DNA from: Emiliania huxleyi CCMP1516
Taxonomy: Eukaryota
NCBI RefSeq assembly: GCF_000372725.1
Contig: NW_005201327.1
Location: forward strand, 15,022 to 79,021
Direction: 5' to 3'
Length of the DNA: 64,000 nucleotides
Below the pieces are notes generated by a model. That model did not search any database and was not told where the DNA came from. It worked only from the letters and a program-made list of their open reading frames with translations. This document shows positions 12,226 to 22,500 of this stretch, piece after piece; positions within the stretch are counted from its first letter, which is position 1, and every line of letters starts with the position of its first letter. The position numbers were made by a program, and so were the translations under genes.

Positions 12226-15200
12226 TTAGCCCGCCAGGGGGGGAGTGCCACGGTGAGCGCGCGCCGCGTCACTGCGCGCCTTTGCGATGGCGCCGCCGCC
12301 GCCGCGCTGCGCGGGCGCCCCCCCCAGAGGTCGCCTCGCGGCCCCGCCTGCGAAGGCGCGGCCGAGGGACGGCGCCGCAAAGCCGCCGCCGAGCGGCTCG
12401 AACTTGAAGGCACCGTTCGCGCCGCGCAGCCGCTTGCCGTGCGCCTCGGGGCGGGGCGGCGGCGCGGCGTTGGGCGTCCGGTCCTCCTTGTCGAGGGCAA
12501 AGGCGGGGAAAGCGTCCTCCTCCTCCGCCTGCCCGCCCTCCTCTTCCGAGAGGCGGACTCTGACCTGCCGCGACTCGTCCGAGAAGCGGAACTTGACCTT
12601 GCGCGACGACTGCTGCGACCCGCGCGGCCGCACCAGGTGCGACGGCGTGTAGCGCTGCGACGGCGTGGCGCCGCTGCCGGACGCCGGGGCGGGCGACGAG
12701 AGGCGCGGGGAGCGGCGCGGTGCGGCGCGCGGTGCGGCGGCCTCGGCCTCCCCCTCGGCGCCCTCGGCAAGAGAAGACAGCTCGGCGGCGCCCTCGGGAA
12801 GGAGCGGCCGCGCAGCACAGAGCGCCGACGAGTCCATGTCGAGGAGGTTCGCCGTCGACATGGCGGGCGCGGCGGGCTCCCTCGCCGCAGGTGGCGCCGC
12901 AGGTGGGCGCCCCATCTCGGACTGGATGGACGCGCTGAGGTTGACGGCCGAGCCGCGGAAAAGCGCCGCCACCTCGGCCGGCCGCTCGCGCTCCGACGGC
13001 TCGTACTGCCCGAGGGACACCGCCGCGCTCTGCCTCAGCGCTGCGGCGGCCTCCTGGCTCACCGGCCGGGCGGGCGCGGCCAGCTCGCGTGCCGCCGACG
13101 CGAGCTCGCGCACTCCGTCGCTCCGCAGCTTGCGCAGCTCCGCCTCGGACGCCTCGAGCTTCGCGCGCGCCTCGCGCAGCGCCGCCTCGGTCGCGGCGGC
13201 GCGCTTGCGCTCGTCGGCGAGCTGGGTGCGCTGCTTGTCGGCGCCTTGCTCGAGCAGCAGCGCGTCCGCCTCCTTGCGCTGGCGCAGCTCGACGAGCTCG
13301 GCCTCCATCGCCGCCTGCGCCTCCCGCCCCTCCTTCGCTTCGCCCTCCAGCCTCGCGAGCCGCGCCTGCGACGGCAGCGGCGGTGAGGGCGGCAGCGGAG
13401 GCGGCCGAGGTGGCGACGGCATCGCCGGCGGACGGGGAAGAGGTCGGCGGCGAGGGAATCGGAGGGAGCGGGGTCGGGGTCGGGGTGCGCGCCTCCGCAG
13501 TGCGCAGCTCGGAGACGGCGCGCTCCTCCGCGCCGCGCGCCTCCTTGAGCTCCGCGAGAGAGGCGCCCTCGACGCGGCGGCCGCTCGCCCGCCCGAGCTC
13601 CACCTTGCGCACTCGCATCCCGAACTCGAGCGAGCAGAGCGACTCGGAGGCCGCCTTCCGCCAGGGCGAACGGGGAGGGTCGAGGAGGGGCACCGCGCCC
13701 GCCGCGGGCGGGGGAATGGGTGGCGGCGGCAGAGAGCGGTGCGGAAGCGTCTCGGGAGGTCTGGGTGGCGGCGGCGCCTCGGCAGACGGGTTGATATTGA
13801 CGAACATGAAGGTCTTGGAGTTGCCGCCGAGCGAGTCGGCGAGCAGCTGCGTCAGCTTCGAGTCGCGGAAGGGCACGTGCTTCGCCTTCTCCTGTAGCTT
13901 GGCCATCACGTTGCCCAGCGCGGAGAGGCTCTTGTTGATGGCCTGAGCCTCCAGCATGCCCTGCCTGCAGGGTGGGAGGGGGGGGGGGGGGGTGACAGCA
14001 CGCACAGCACGGAGCACGCCCTCCGACGCGGGCGTCTGCGGGAGCGCCGGCGGTGGGGAAAGGGCGACGCAAAGGGAGGGACACGGCCCCTCTCCCTCCC
14101 GCCGCGCTGAGCGTGTGTCCGCGGGTGCGCAAGCTAGCGCTCGGCCGGCACCGTAGGCGAAGATGCAGACGTTGAACCCGTCGAGCACCGACTCGACGCA
14201 TGGCTCGACCTGAGGGGGATATGGGGAGATATGGGGAGATATGGGGAGATATGGGGAGATATGGCGCACGGCTCGACCTGAAGGGAGGGGCAGGAGGCGG
14301 GGGTTCGCCACGCGCCGGTGCGGGGCGAGAGGCGGACTATCCCTCATGTCTCGGAGGGCCGCCCGACGGCATTCAAAGGGCGTGGCCTTGTGTGTCTGTG
14401 CTCCGCGTCTGTGCGCGCGCGTCGGTCGGTCTGTCTGTGCGCCCCACCTCCTCAAAGACGGCCTCCTGCCCCGACCCGGGCCCGAAGGCCTGGTCGAAGG
14501 CGAACGAGCGCCGCCCCTCCCGCGTCCCCGGCTGCGCCACCAGCACGTCTGTCGGGGTCGGAATCGTCACCACCGCCGCGCCCTCGCCCGCCGCCGTCGG
14601 CCGCACGCGGCACATCACCCGGATCGAGCCCTTGAGCTCCTGCAGCTGGTTCTGGAGCAGCCGCCGCCGCCTGCGCTCCGCCTGCCAGTTGCCCACCGCC
14701 TCCAGCCGCGCCGGCTCCACCGCCCGCGCCGCCCCCTCCATCGCCTCGCGGAGGTACCGCTCTGCACGCTCCTCGATGCTGCAACCACTGCCCTCCTCCT
14801 CCTCCTCCGCTTCCTCCTCGCCCTCCGCAGCAGCCGCCGCCGGCTCGTCGCCGCTCTGGCCGGCGCCCTCCGCCTCGGCCGCATCGCCCCCGCCGCCGGC
14901 GCCCGCGCCCGCCGCCAGCTCTGAGCGGACGGCCCTCGACGCGACATCAAACGCGGCGAGCACCTGCTTCTGCACCTTGCGCGGGCTCGGCGGCACGGGC
15001 TTGGCCCGCATCTCGGCCAGCTCGGCGGCGAGGCTCGCCGTCTCCTGCCGCACCCGCTCGTCGCACTGGTCGGCCACCGCCTGCGCCCGCGCCAGCTGCC
15101 CGCTGAGCAGGCGCAGCTGCGCGCGGGCGTCGTCCAGCTCTCCCTGCAGCCGGCCGCGGGTGGCCTCGCTCTGGGCGAGCGCCGCGGCGGTGCCCTCGGC

Positions 15201-15424
15201 CTCCTCTTGCAGCTCCTGCAGCTGCGCCTCGAGACCCTTGATCTTTTGCGTCAGCTCCCTGGTCGCGAGAGCGGGCGGGCGTCAGCCGGCGAGCGAGAGG
15301 CGGGCGCACGGATCGGGGAGGGGTCCGCGCACGTCACGCGGTCCCAGTAGCCCTCCATCCGGCTCGGCCGGCCGGCCGGGCTGCTGGCGGAGTGGATCGT
15401 CTCGCCGTTCGGAGCCGACAGCAT
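12226..15424 (-). CDS. Kinesin-14 (KIFC-like) protein, multi-exon, motor core absent
   Basis: Coiled coil, [96 protein letters not shown]. Confidence 0.85.
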
Positions 15425-15826
15425 TGAATTCAAAGCCTGGGCTAGCCGCTCGGAGAAAAAGAAAAAAATTGTTTCTTGCGCATTGATATGCCATGTCCGC
15501 CTAGCGTTTGTTTTCTTAACATCGAAGGCTAAGCTCAAAGAAATTCGGGCTGAAACACGACCCCGGACCCGAGACGCACAAGCAAGCACAGACAGTCGAG
15601 AAGGGAGAGACAGCAACGACAGTCAGAAGCGTGTTCACTGGCACTCGGCAGGGGCCCAGTGCCGAAAGAAAGCGTGGATGAGTACGCATCGAGCTCAACT
15701 GCCTCGCCTTCCTCGCAGGAGTCGCTTACGCGGCTCCCGTGGTGTGTGGTGCCTTTCTGTCGAGGACATCGTCGATACGCGGCTCCCGAGGATACCTGAT
15801 GTTTACGAGAAATTCTTTTTCTAGCG

Positions 15827-17230
15827 ATGTCCACCCCGCCGCGGCGCCGCTCGCGCCGCCTGGCCGCCGCTCGCTCGCCAGACACGCCGTCGCCCGCCCG
15901 CCTCCTCGACCTCCCCAGGGAGCTCCTCGCGCGCGCCCTCTCTCGCTGCGACCCCGCCGACATCGCTCGCGCCGCGGCCGTCTCGCTGCTCTTCCACGCC
16001 TCGCTTGCGCTGGAGGGCATCCGCTTGCGCCTGCAAGAGCGCGGCTTCGAGCTGCCGGCGCAGCCAGAGGGAGAGAGCTGCGCCGTGCGGTGGCTGTGCT
16101 TATATGCCTTGCTGCGCGAGTCCAACCCGCCGGCGAAGGCGGCGGCAGGCTGCTTCCACAGCGTCTTCATCGACGGCGAGGGGCGGCTCTCGTCGTGCGG
16201 CTATGCTCTGTCCTTCCCAGGGTTACTCGGCCACGGGGAGGGCGTGACACGGCTCAACACGCCGACGCGCCTCTCGTCAACGCTGGGCGAGCGCGCCGTG
16301 AGCGTGTCGGCTGGAGACGCGCACAGCCTCGCCCTCGCCGCCGGCGGCGCCGTCTGGAGCTGGGGCAGTGGAGGCTTTGGCAAGCTGGGCCACGGCGACG
16401 AGCAGGACCAGCTGCTGCCGAAGAAGGTCGAGGCCTTGGCTGGCCAGCGCGTCGTCGCCGTGTCGGCTGGAGGCGGGTACAGTTTCGCCCTCACCGCCGA
16501 CGGAGCCGTCTGGAGCTGGGGCTGTGGAGGCGACGGCCAGCTGGGCCACGGCGACCCGCAGAACCAGCTGCTGCCCAAGCAGGTCGAGGCCTTGGCTGGC
16601 CAGCGCGTCGTCGCTGTGTCGGCTGGAAGGCACAGCCTCGCCCTCGCCGCCGATGGCGCTGTCTGGAGCTGGGGCCGGGGCTACTTTGGCCAGTTGGGCC
16701 ACGGCGACGAGCAGGACCAGCTGCTGCCCAAGAAGATCGACGCCTTTGGTGGCCAGCGCGTCATCGCTGTGTCGGCAGGAGGCCACCACAGCCTCGCCAT
16801 CACCGCCGACGGCGCCGTCTGGAGCTGGGGCTGGGGAGGCTACGGCAAGCTGGGCCACGGCGACGAGCAGGACCAGCTGCTGCCGAAGAAGGTCGAGGCC
16901 TTAGCTGGCCAGCGCGTCGTCGCTGTGTCGGCTGGATGGTCGCACAGCCTCGCCATCACCGCCGACGGCGCCATCTGGAGCTGGGGCAGCGGAGACGCGG
17001 GCAAGCTGGGCCACGGCGACCTGCAGAGCCAGTTGCTGCCCAAGAAGGTCGAGGCCTTGGCTGGGCAGCGCGTCGTCGCTGTGTCGGCTGGGCTCGCGCA
17101 CAGTCTCGCCATTACCGCCGACAACGCCGTCTTTACCTGGGGCAAGGGCGAACACGGCTGCTTGGGCCACGGAGAGGACTTGTCGAACCAGCTGCTGCCC
17201 AAGAAGATCGAGGCATGGTCGCAGGAGTGA
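15827..17230 (+). CDS. F-box + 7 RCC1-repeat protein (copy 2, intact, intronless, 467 aa)
   Basis: RLLDLPRELLARALSRC F-box-like N-terminus and seven RCC1 blades. Confidence 0.9.
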   Translation: MSTPPRRRSRRLAAARSPDTPSPARLLDLPRELLARALSRCDPADIARAAAVSLLFHASLALEGIRLRLQERGFELPAQPEGESCAVRWLCLYALLRESNPPAKAAAGCFHSVFIDGEGRLSSCGYALSFPGLLGHGEGVTRLNTPTRLSSTLGERAVSVSAGDAHSLALAAGGAVWSWGSGGFGKLGHGDEQDQLLPKKVEALAGQRVVAVSAGGGYSFALTADGAVWSWGCGGDGQLGHGDPQNQLLPKQVEALAGQRVVAVSAGRHSLALAADGAVWSWGRGYFGQLGHGDEQDQLLPKKIDAFGGQRVIAVSAGGHHSLAITADGAVWSWGWGGYGKLGHGDEQDQLLPKKVEALAGQRVVAVSAGWSHSLAITADGAIWSWGSGDAGKLGHGDLQSQLLPKKVEALAGQRVVAVSAGLAHSLAITADNAVFTWGKGEHGCLGHGEDLSNQLLPKKIEAWSQE

Positions 17231-17672
17231 GAGGGGGGGCGAGGGGTGCGGTGGCTGATAGGAGTACGACCGACTCGGGAGAGGCCGAGATCCGGATACT
17301 TAGGGTGGGAGGGACTAGTCGGGTGAAGTTCTGAAAAACGTGCAGCACTTCTAGCCAACATCGACAAAAGTCACTCTCTAGCCCCGCGGCGAGCGGCCCC
17401 GCCGGAGGCGAAGAAAATTTTGCCATCTAGGCGCTCTCTAACACACATTTTTGCACAAATCGACGCCTCCAAACAAGTTCAATAAGACTGGTCTTCACTG
17501 CAGCACGCCTCGAGCGAGTAATGCGTCTGTAGGCCAATATAATAGAGCTTCTCGCGCGCGCTCCTCAGCTGGCGGTCCGCAGGGCCGCCCGGGCCGGGCG
17601 AGAAGCGCAAGCCCGCCAGCCGCACCATGTGATTCACGATGATGAGCGTCTCGGCCTCGAGCAGCGTGTAGG

Positions 17673-18635
17673 TTACGAGGAGCGAAGCTTGCCCTCGCAC
17701 TCGCGTTGCTCGAGCCTGAGCCACTGCGCCTTGACCACGAGATAGCCCGCGGGGATGGTGTCGGTGTTGACGACCGTGTCCTCGGCCAGCGTGTACGCCT
17801 TCCCCTTGAGCACCGCCAGCCAGTAGAGCCCCTCGAGCGACTGCTCGCGCCGATCTGCGCGGACAGCGGCCAGCTGCTTCGCCTTGAGCGACGCGGCCCA
17901 CACCTCCAGCGACTCCATCTGCCGCAGCTCGGCCGTCTCGCCTGCGGCACGCGGCGCCTTCTGCTTCTTGACCCTGCCAAAGACGGCGACCATCTCGCAG
18001 TCCCCCCAAAGAAGAGCGATGCACGGCGGGCACGCGCATGGAATACCGCGCCTGTGACAGGGAGCCGGTGCGGGGGTCAGGAGGGGCGCGTGACGTGCGG
18101 CAACACACGGCACACTACACGGCACGGCACGATGAGCATAACACGGCTCAATACTAGCGTACGTGGTCAGGAGACCATCCTTCCGCGCGGCGGCCGCATC
18201 CTTGCAATCCCCCGCGAACATGTGGTCGTCGTGTGAGCCGTTGAAGCCATCAGCCTTGGGGACGGCAAGGGCGGTGAACTTGGAGTGCTGAAAGAAGCCG
18301 TAGAAGATGCGCTCGATCGCCCACCAGCCCTCCTTGAACGACTTCGCGACAGCCGGGGTCGCTCGTGCCTTGGCGAGATAGAGGACGACGTTGCGAGAGA
18401 GCCGGAGAATATGAAATTGCCCGACCGGATCGCCTCAGTGATCGCGTTCGACGGCAGGTTGCTCAGCACATCGCAGATGTTTTTGCCGTGCATTGACTCG
18501 AGCGTCCAGTGCACGCGCAAGATGCCGAATTTGGTGAGCCACTCGGCAGTCTGATGGTAGTTGTCTTTCCCATCGAACTGCGCGGCACACTGATCCGTCA
18601 GGGAGAGCTTCCGCTGGTAGTCGGGAAAGTCGGTT
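17673..18635 (-). mobile_element. Degenerate DNA transposase fragment, Sola2-like
   Basis: Minus-strand translation SLTDQCAAQFDGKDNY..HWTLESMHGKNICD, matching the D..QF / HGK..CD pattern, with a CACPPC motif downstream; frameshift near 18405. Confidence 0.5.
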
Positions 18636-18968
18636 ACGGGGAGGGCTACTACGAGGTCTCTGCGCGGGATGTGCTGGGGCCCTGCGCCCCAGTCGATTGC
18701 CGCATAGTTCGTCGTAGTAGCCCTATCATAAACCTCATATTCACACCTTGCACTTTGAAAAAAAGAAATGTCCTGCTTTTGTCGAAGATCCGGAGGGTTT
18801 ATCGGAGCATCACCCAGTCCCTAGAGCTATCTGAGGTGTGTCGCACCTCGTGCACCTAAAATTCTTTTTTTCTGCGCGGCGTCGGGAGGACTACTTTACT
18901 AGGGGGCCCACAGCGCCGGTTGTGTCTGGGAGGGAGGGAGTGGCGGGTGCACAGGTCTTGCTCACCCA

Positions 18969-19099
18969 CGGCACCGGGCCGGTGCTTGCACTTTGAATGC
19001 CGTGGGGCTCCTGCCCGTGTCCGGGCGTGGAGATGCGAGGGTCGCCCCCCCTTGCCCCACCACTTTGTGTGTGTGGAGACGTTTTACCTTACCTTACCT
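18969..19099 (+). repeat. About 130-bp retroelement 3' end with (TACCT)n tail
   Basis: Near-identical to 62363-62501; ends GGAGACGTTT(TACCT)n. Confidence 0.8.
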
Positions 19100-19279
19100 C
19101 TGCTCGCCGCGACCACGATGGCTACTCCGATGCTCCGCGCCGACCCGTCCTACCCGACGGTGGCACTCTTCCACATCTCACGCTGAGAAAGATTCTGAAA
19201 CGGCGTGCAGCAGAGTCGCCGACGAGTCGGTCCGCGTGCCTCCTCGTGTCGCGCATCGTTCTCACGAACGAAACCCGTG

Positions 19280-19390
19280 AACTAGCCGGGGCAGTCGGAG
19301 AAGGGGCAACTCCGTGCACTGACGGTCGGCCGCCAGAAAACACCCTGCGTGGATCGCGTCACAGCAATCCTCGATACCCAACGTACAACA
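19280..19390 (-). repeat. Dispersed repeat (family also at 34298-34352 +, 35125-35275 -, 60148-60291 +)
   Basis: Shared CGTTGGGTA(G/T)CGAGG..CTG(A/G)CGGCCGACCGTCAG core. Confidence 0.75.
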
Positions 19391-19520
19391 AAACTCCCTC
19401 GCACAACACTGGGCACGGGACTGGCGCGCACTCGAGAACCATCGAAAGGCTTAGCTCAAAAAACTCAACAAAAAGAAGTCGCGAAGCGCGTCTCGGCATT
19501 TCCTCGGCCTCCTCCTAGCG

Positions 19521-22500
19521 ATGGGCGCCTGCTTCTCGTGCGAGACGGACGGCTCTGAGCGGCAGGTGATCTTGCTCTCCCTTGACGACGGCTCCGTGGT
19601 CCGCGCGCGCAAGTCGCGGCTCTCGCTCTTTGCGGACCTAGCCAACGTGCGACCCGACGCCATACCCACGTTTGCCATTGACGTCAAGGAGAAAGCGGGG
19701 CCGCTGTGCGTGTTTGGCACCAAGGCGTCTCCGGAAGGGCTCAAGCCACTCAAGCCCAAGGACGCGAGCGCGGTCGACAAGGCGCTATGCAAGCACGACC
19801 TCTTTCACGGTGGAGAGCAGGGCCTCTTCGCCGCGCACGCCACGCTGGACGCCAAGCCCTGCCTGCTCGCGCTCACCTCGCTTGGGCGCCTCTTTGCGGT
19901 CGCGGGCGGCGCGGCTTTTCGGACGCTGCACGTGACCCAGCTCTGCGAGGCGCGGCGAGCACCACACCCCTCTTCTCTCCTCCCCGCTCTCTCCGCTCCT
20001 TCCCGCTCCTCTGCGCGGCTAAACGACGAATGGATGCATGGCCCCTCATGGATGAGTAGGCGCGGCTCGACGAGGCGTCACCCGGCCTGCTGCGGCTCGG
20101 CCTCTCCTCGGGCGAGCCGCCGTGGCAGGTCGCCACTTCGCCGCGGGCGGCCGCCGAGCTGCAGCTGCAGGTCTGGGTCGCGCACTCTCTCGCAGCCGGC
20201 CGGATAGAGCTGCAGACGGGCCTGCCGGTGCCGCCGCTCGAGCTGCTGCCGCCCGTCTGCGAGGTGGACGGCAACCTGCACGCGGCGTGGACGATGCACG
20301 CGAATGCTCTCGGCCAGGTCGAGGTGGAGGAGGTGCTTTCGCCGGTGGACGAGGCCGCCGGTGTCACCACCGCGCTGCAGTGCGTGCGCGAGTGGGCCGC
20401 CACAGGCGAGGTGGACGCCTCTCGGCTGCGGCCGTCGGCGGTGCGACCCCTCGCGCGCGCGCTCGCGCACAACGGCGCGTTCGTCGCCTTCAAGGTGTCT
20501 GGCAACGCGCTCGGCGCCGAGGCGGCGGCGCTCGCGCCGCTCCTCGGCTCGAGCCGCACGCTGGTCGCATTCGAGATGCGCCGCGCAGGCGCCTGGCCCG
20601 GCGGGACGCGCGTGGCGGCTTTCCCCTTCCTCTTCCATCCCCAGCCCTTCTCCTGTAGGGGCCGGCCCGGCGGAGATTGGCGCGCTGGGCGACGCGCTCG
20701 CGGGCAACCGCTTCGCCTCCCTCTCCGTCATCGACCTCTCGGACAACGCCGTGGGGGACGCGGCCTTCCGGTGTTCGCCACCGGGCGGCTGCCTCATGTC
20801 CCTGTGTCCAGGCGCGCCTGTTCACAACGCCCCCCCTTCTCTGAAGGCTCGCCGCCGGGCTGCGCTCGCTGCGCGCCGGGCTGCTCGCGGAGCTCAAGTT
20901 GGTGCGGTGCGGCGTCGGGCCCGAGGGGATGGAGATGGTCCTGCTCGCCGCCGGCACGCAGAAGAACCTGCTCGAGCTGCGGCTGGGAGGCAACACGCTG
21001 GGCGGGCGCGGCTCGCAGGCCCTCGGCACCCTCCTCCCGCAGGCGCCCAGCTTGACCGCCCTCGACCTCGCCGGGACCGCTCTCGAGCCGGCCGCAGCGT
21101 TTGGCCCCGCCGCCGCTAGCGTCGACCCCTTCTCCGCCAGGCCGGAGCCGCGCGCGCTGCAGAAGCTGGCCGAGCTCGACCTGTCCGGCATCGGCTGGTC
21201 GCTCCCGCTCCTCGACGGCGTCGAGGCGTGCGGCCCGAAGCTCGCAGCGCTCTCGCTCGCGGGGGGCGGGGACTTCGCGATGCTCAACAGCGCTGCGGCG
21301 GACAGGCCCCCGCGAGTCTGCTGACATCTGTCTCGTTCCGCCGGGCGCGTGGACAGCTGTCTCTCTGTCTGCAGGCCCGCCTTCCTGCAGCGGCTGGTCG
21401 CGGTGGCGGCGGCTCGGCCAGGCATGGAGCTCGACCTCTCGACGGCCGACCCGGCGGCGGTGCTGCTGCCCGAGCTGCTGCCCGCTCTGCGCTCCTCGCG
21501 GCTGCTGCCGCCCTCGCTCGCGCTGCGCGGCGACGGGCAGCTCGGCGACGACGGCCTCGTCGCGCTCGTCGGCGTGCTCGTCGGCGTTGACGCGGAGGCC
21601 AGCTTCTCGGAGCCTTCTCGGAGCCTTCTCGGAACTTTCCTCCAGGCGTGCTCGCCGACCTCGACGCGGAGGCGAAGGAGAGCGGGACGCCGCGGCTCCA
21701 CTCGCTCACCCTCTCCTCGGCGGTGCCGCCGCCCGCCGCCGCCGTCTCGACTTGGGGCCTCGACGACCTCAACGCGCTCGCGCTGCTCGACCAGCTTGCG
21801 ACCGACCCGGCGGGCGTGAGTGCAGTCGTCAGCCGGTGGCAGCTGGCTTTGCCGGCGGGCACCGAGCGCGCGGTCGCACAGCGCGCCGCGTCTGTCCGCT
21901 CGCTGATGCGGCTGGTGACCACCGCCGACGGCCTGGCCGCGCTGAAGTGCGGCGGCGGCTACCGCTCGCTCGAGCCGGATGGGACATGCCCGGCGGCGGA
22001 TGGGCGATCGTCCACCCGGCAGCGGGCCGCGCCGAGCTACGGGGTGCAGCTCGAGTCGCTCTTCCGGTTCGCGCTGCCAAAGTCGAGCTCGCTCACCCTG
22101 CTCGACGTCTCGGGCAACAACCTGGGCGACGTGGGCCTGAGCGCGCTGGGCGGTGCTCTCAAGCTCAACCGCAGCCTGCGCCGGCTCGAGATCGACAACA
22201 ACGCGGCCGGCGTGGACGGGCTGAAGAGCATCAACCTCGCGCTCAAGGGCAACAAGAAGGTGCACAGCCTCGCGCTGCCGGACGACGACATCTCCGCGCT
22301 GCTCGCGGCCGCCGCCGCGCGGTACAAGCGCTCGCTGAGCGACGAGCTCGCCGCCCGGCAGCTGCTCAAGTCGGCGTACGGCCGCGGCGGGTACTGCAAC
22401 CACGCGGTCAAGCAGCGCGGCATGGCGGCCCTGAAGAGCGCCAAGCAGGAGCAGGCAAGGGCGCGCGTGGCCAAGGACAAGCTGCGCACCGTCTGCGCGT

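Noticed and set aside
15827..17230. Diversity-generating retroelement as the source of variation
   Set aside because: No RT or template repeat is seen, and the variation is not restricted to adenines.
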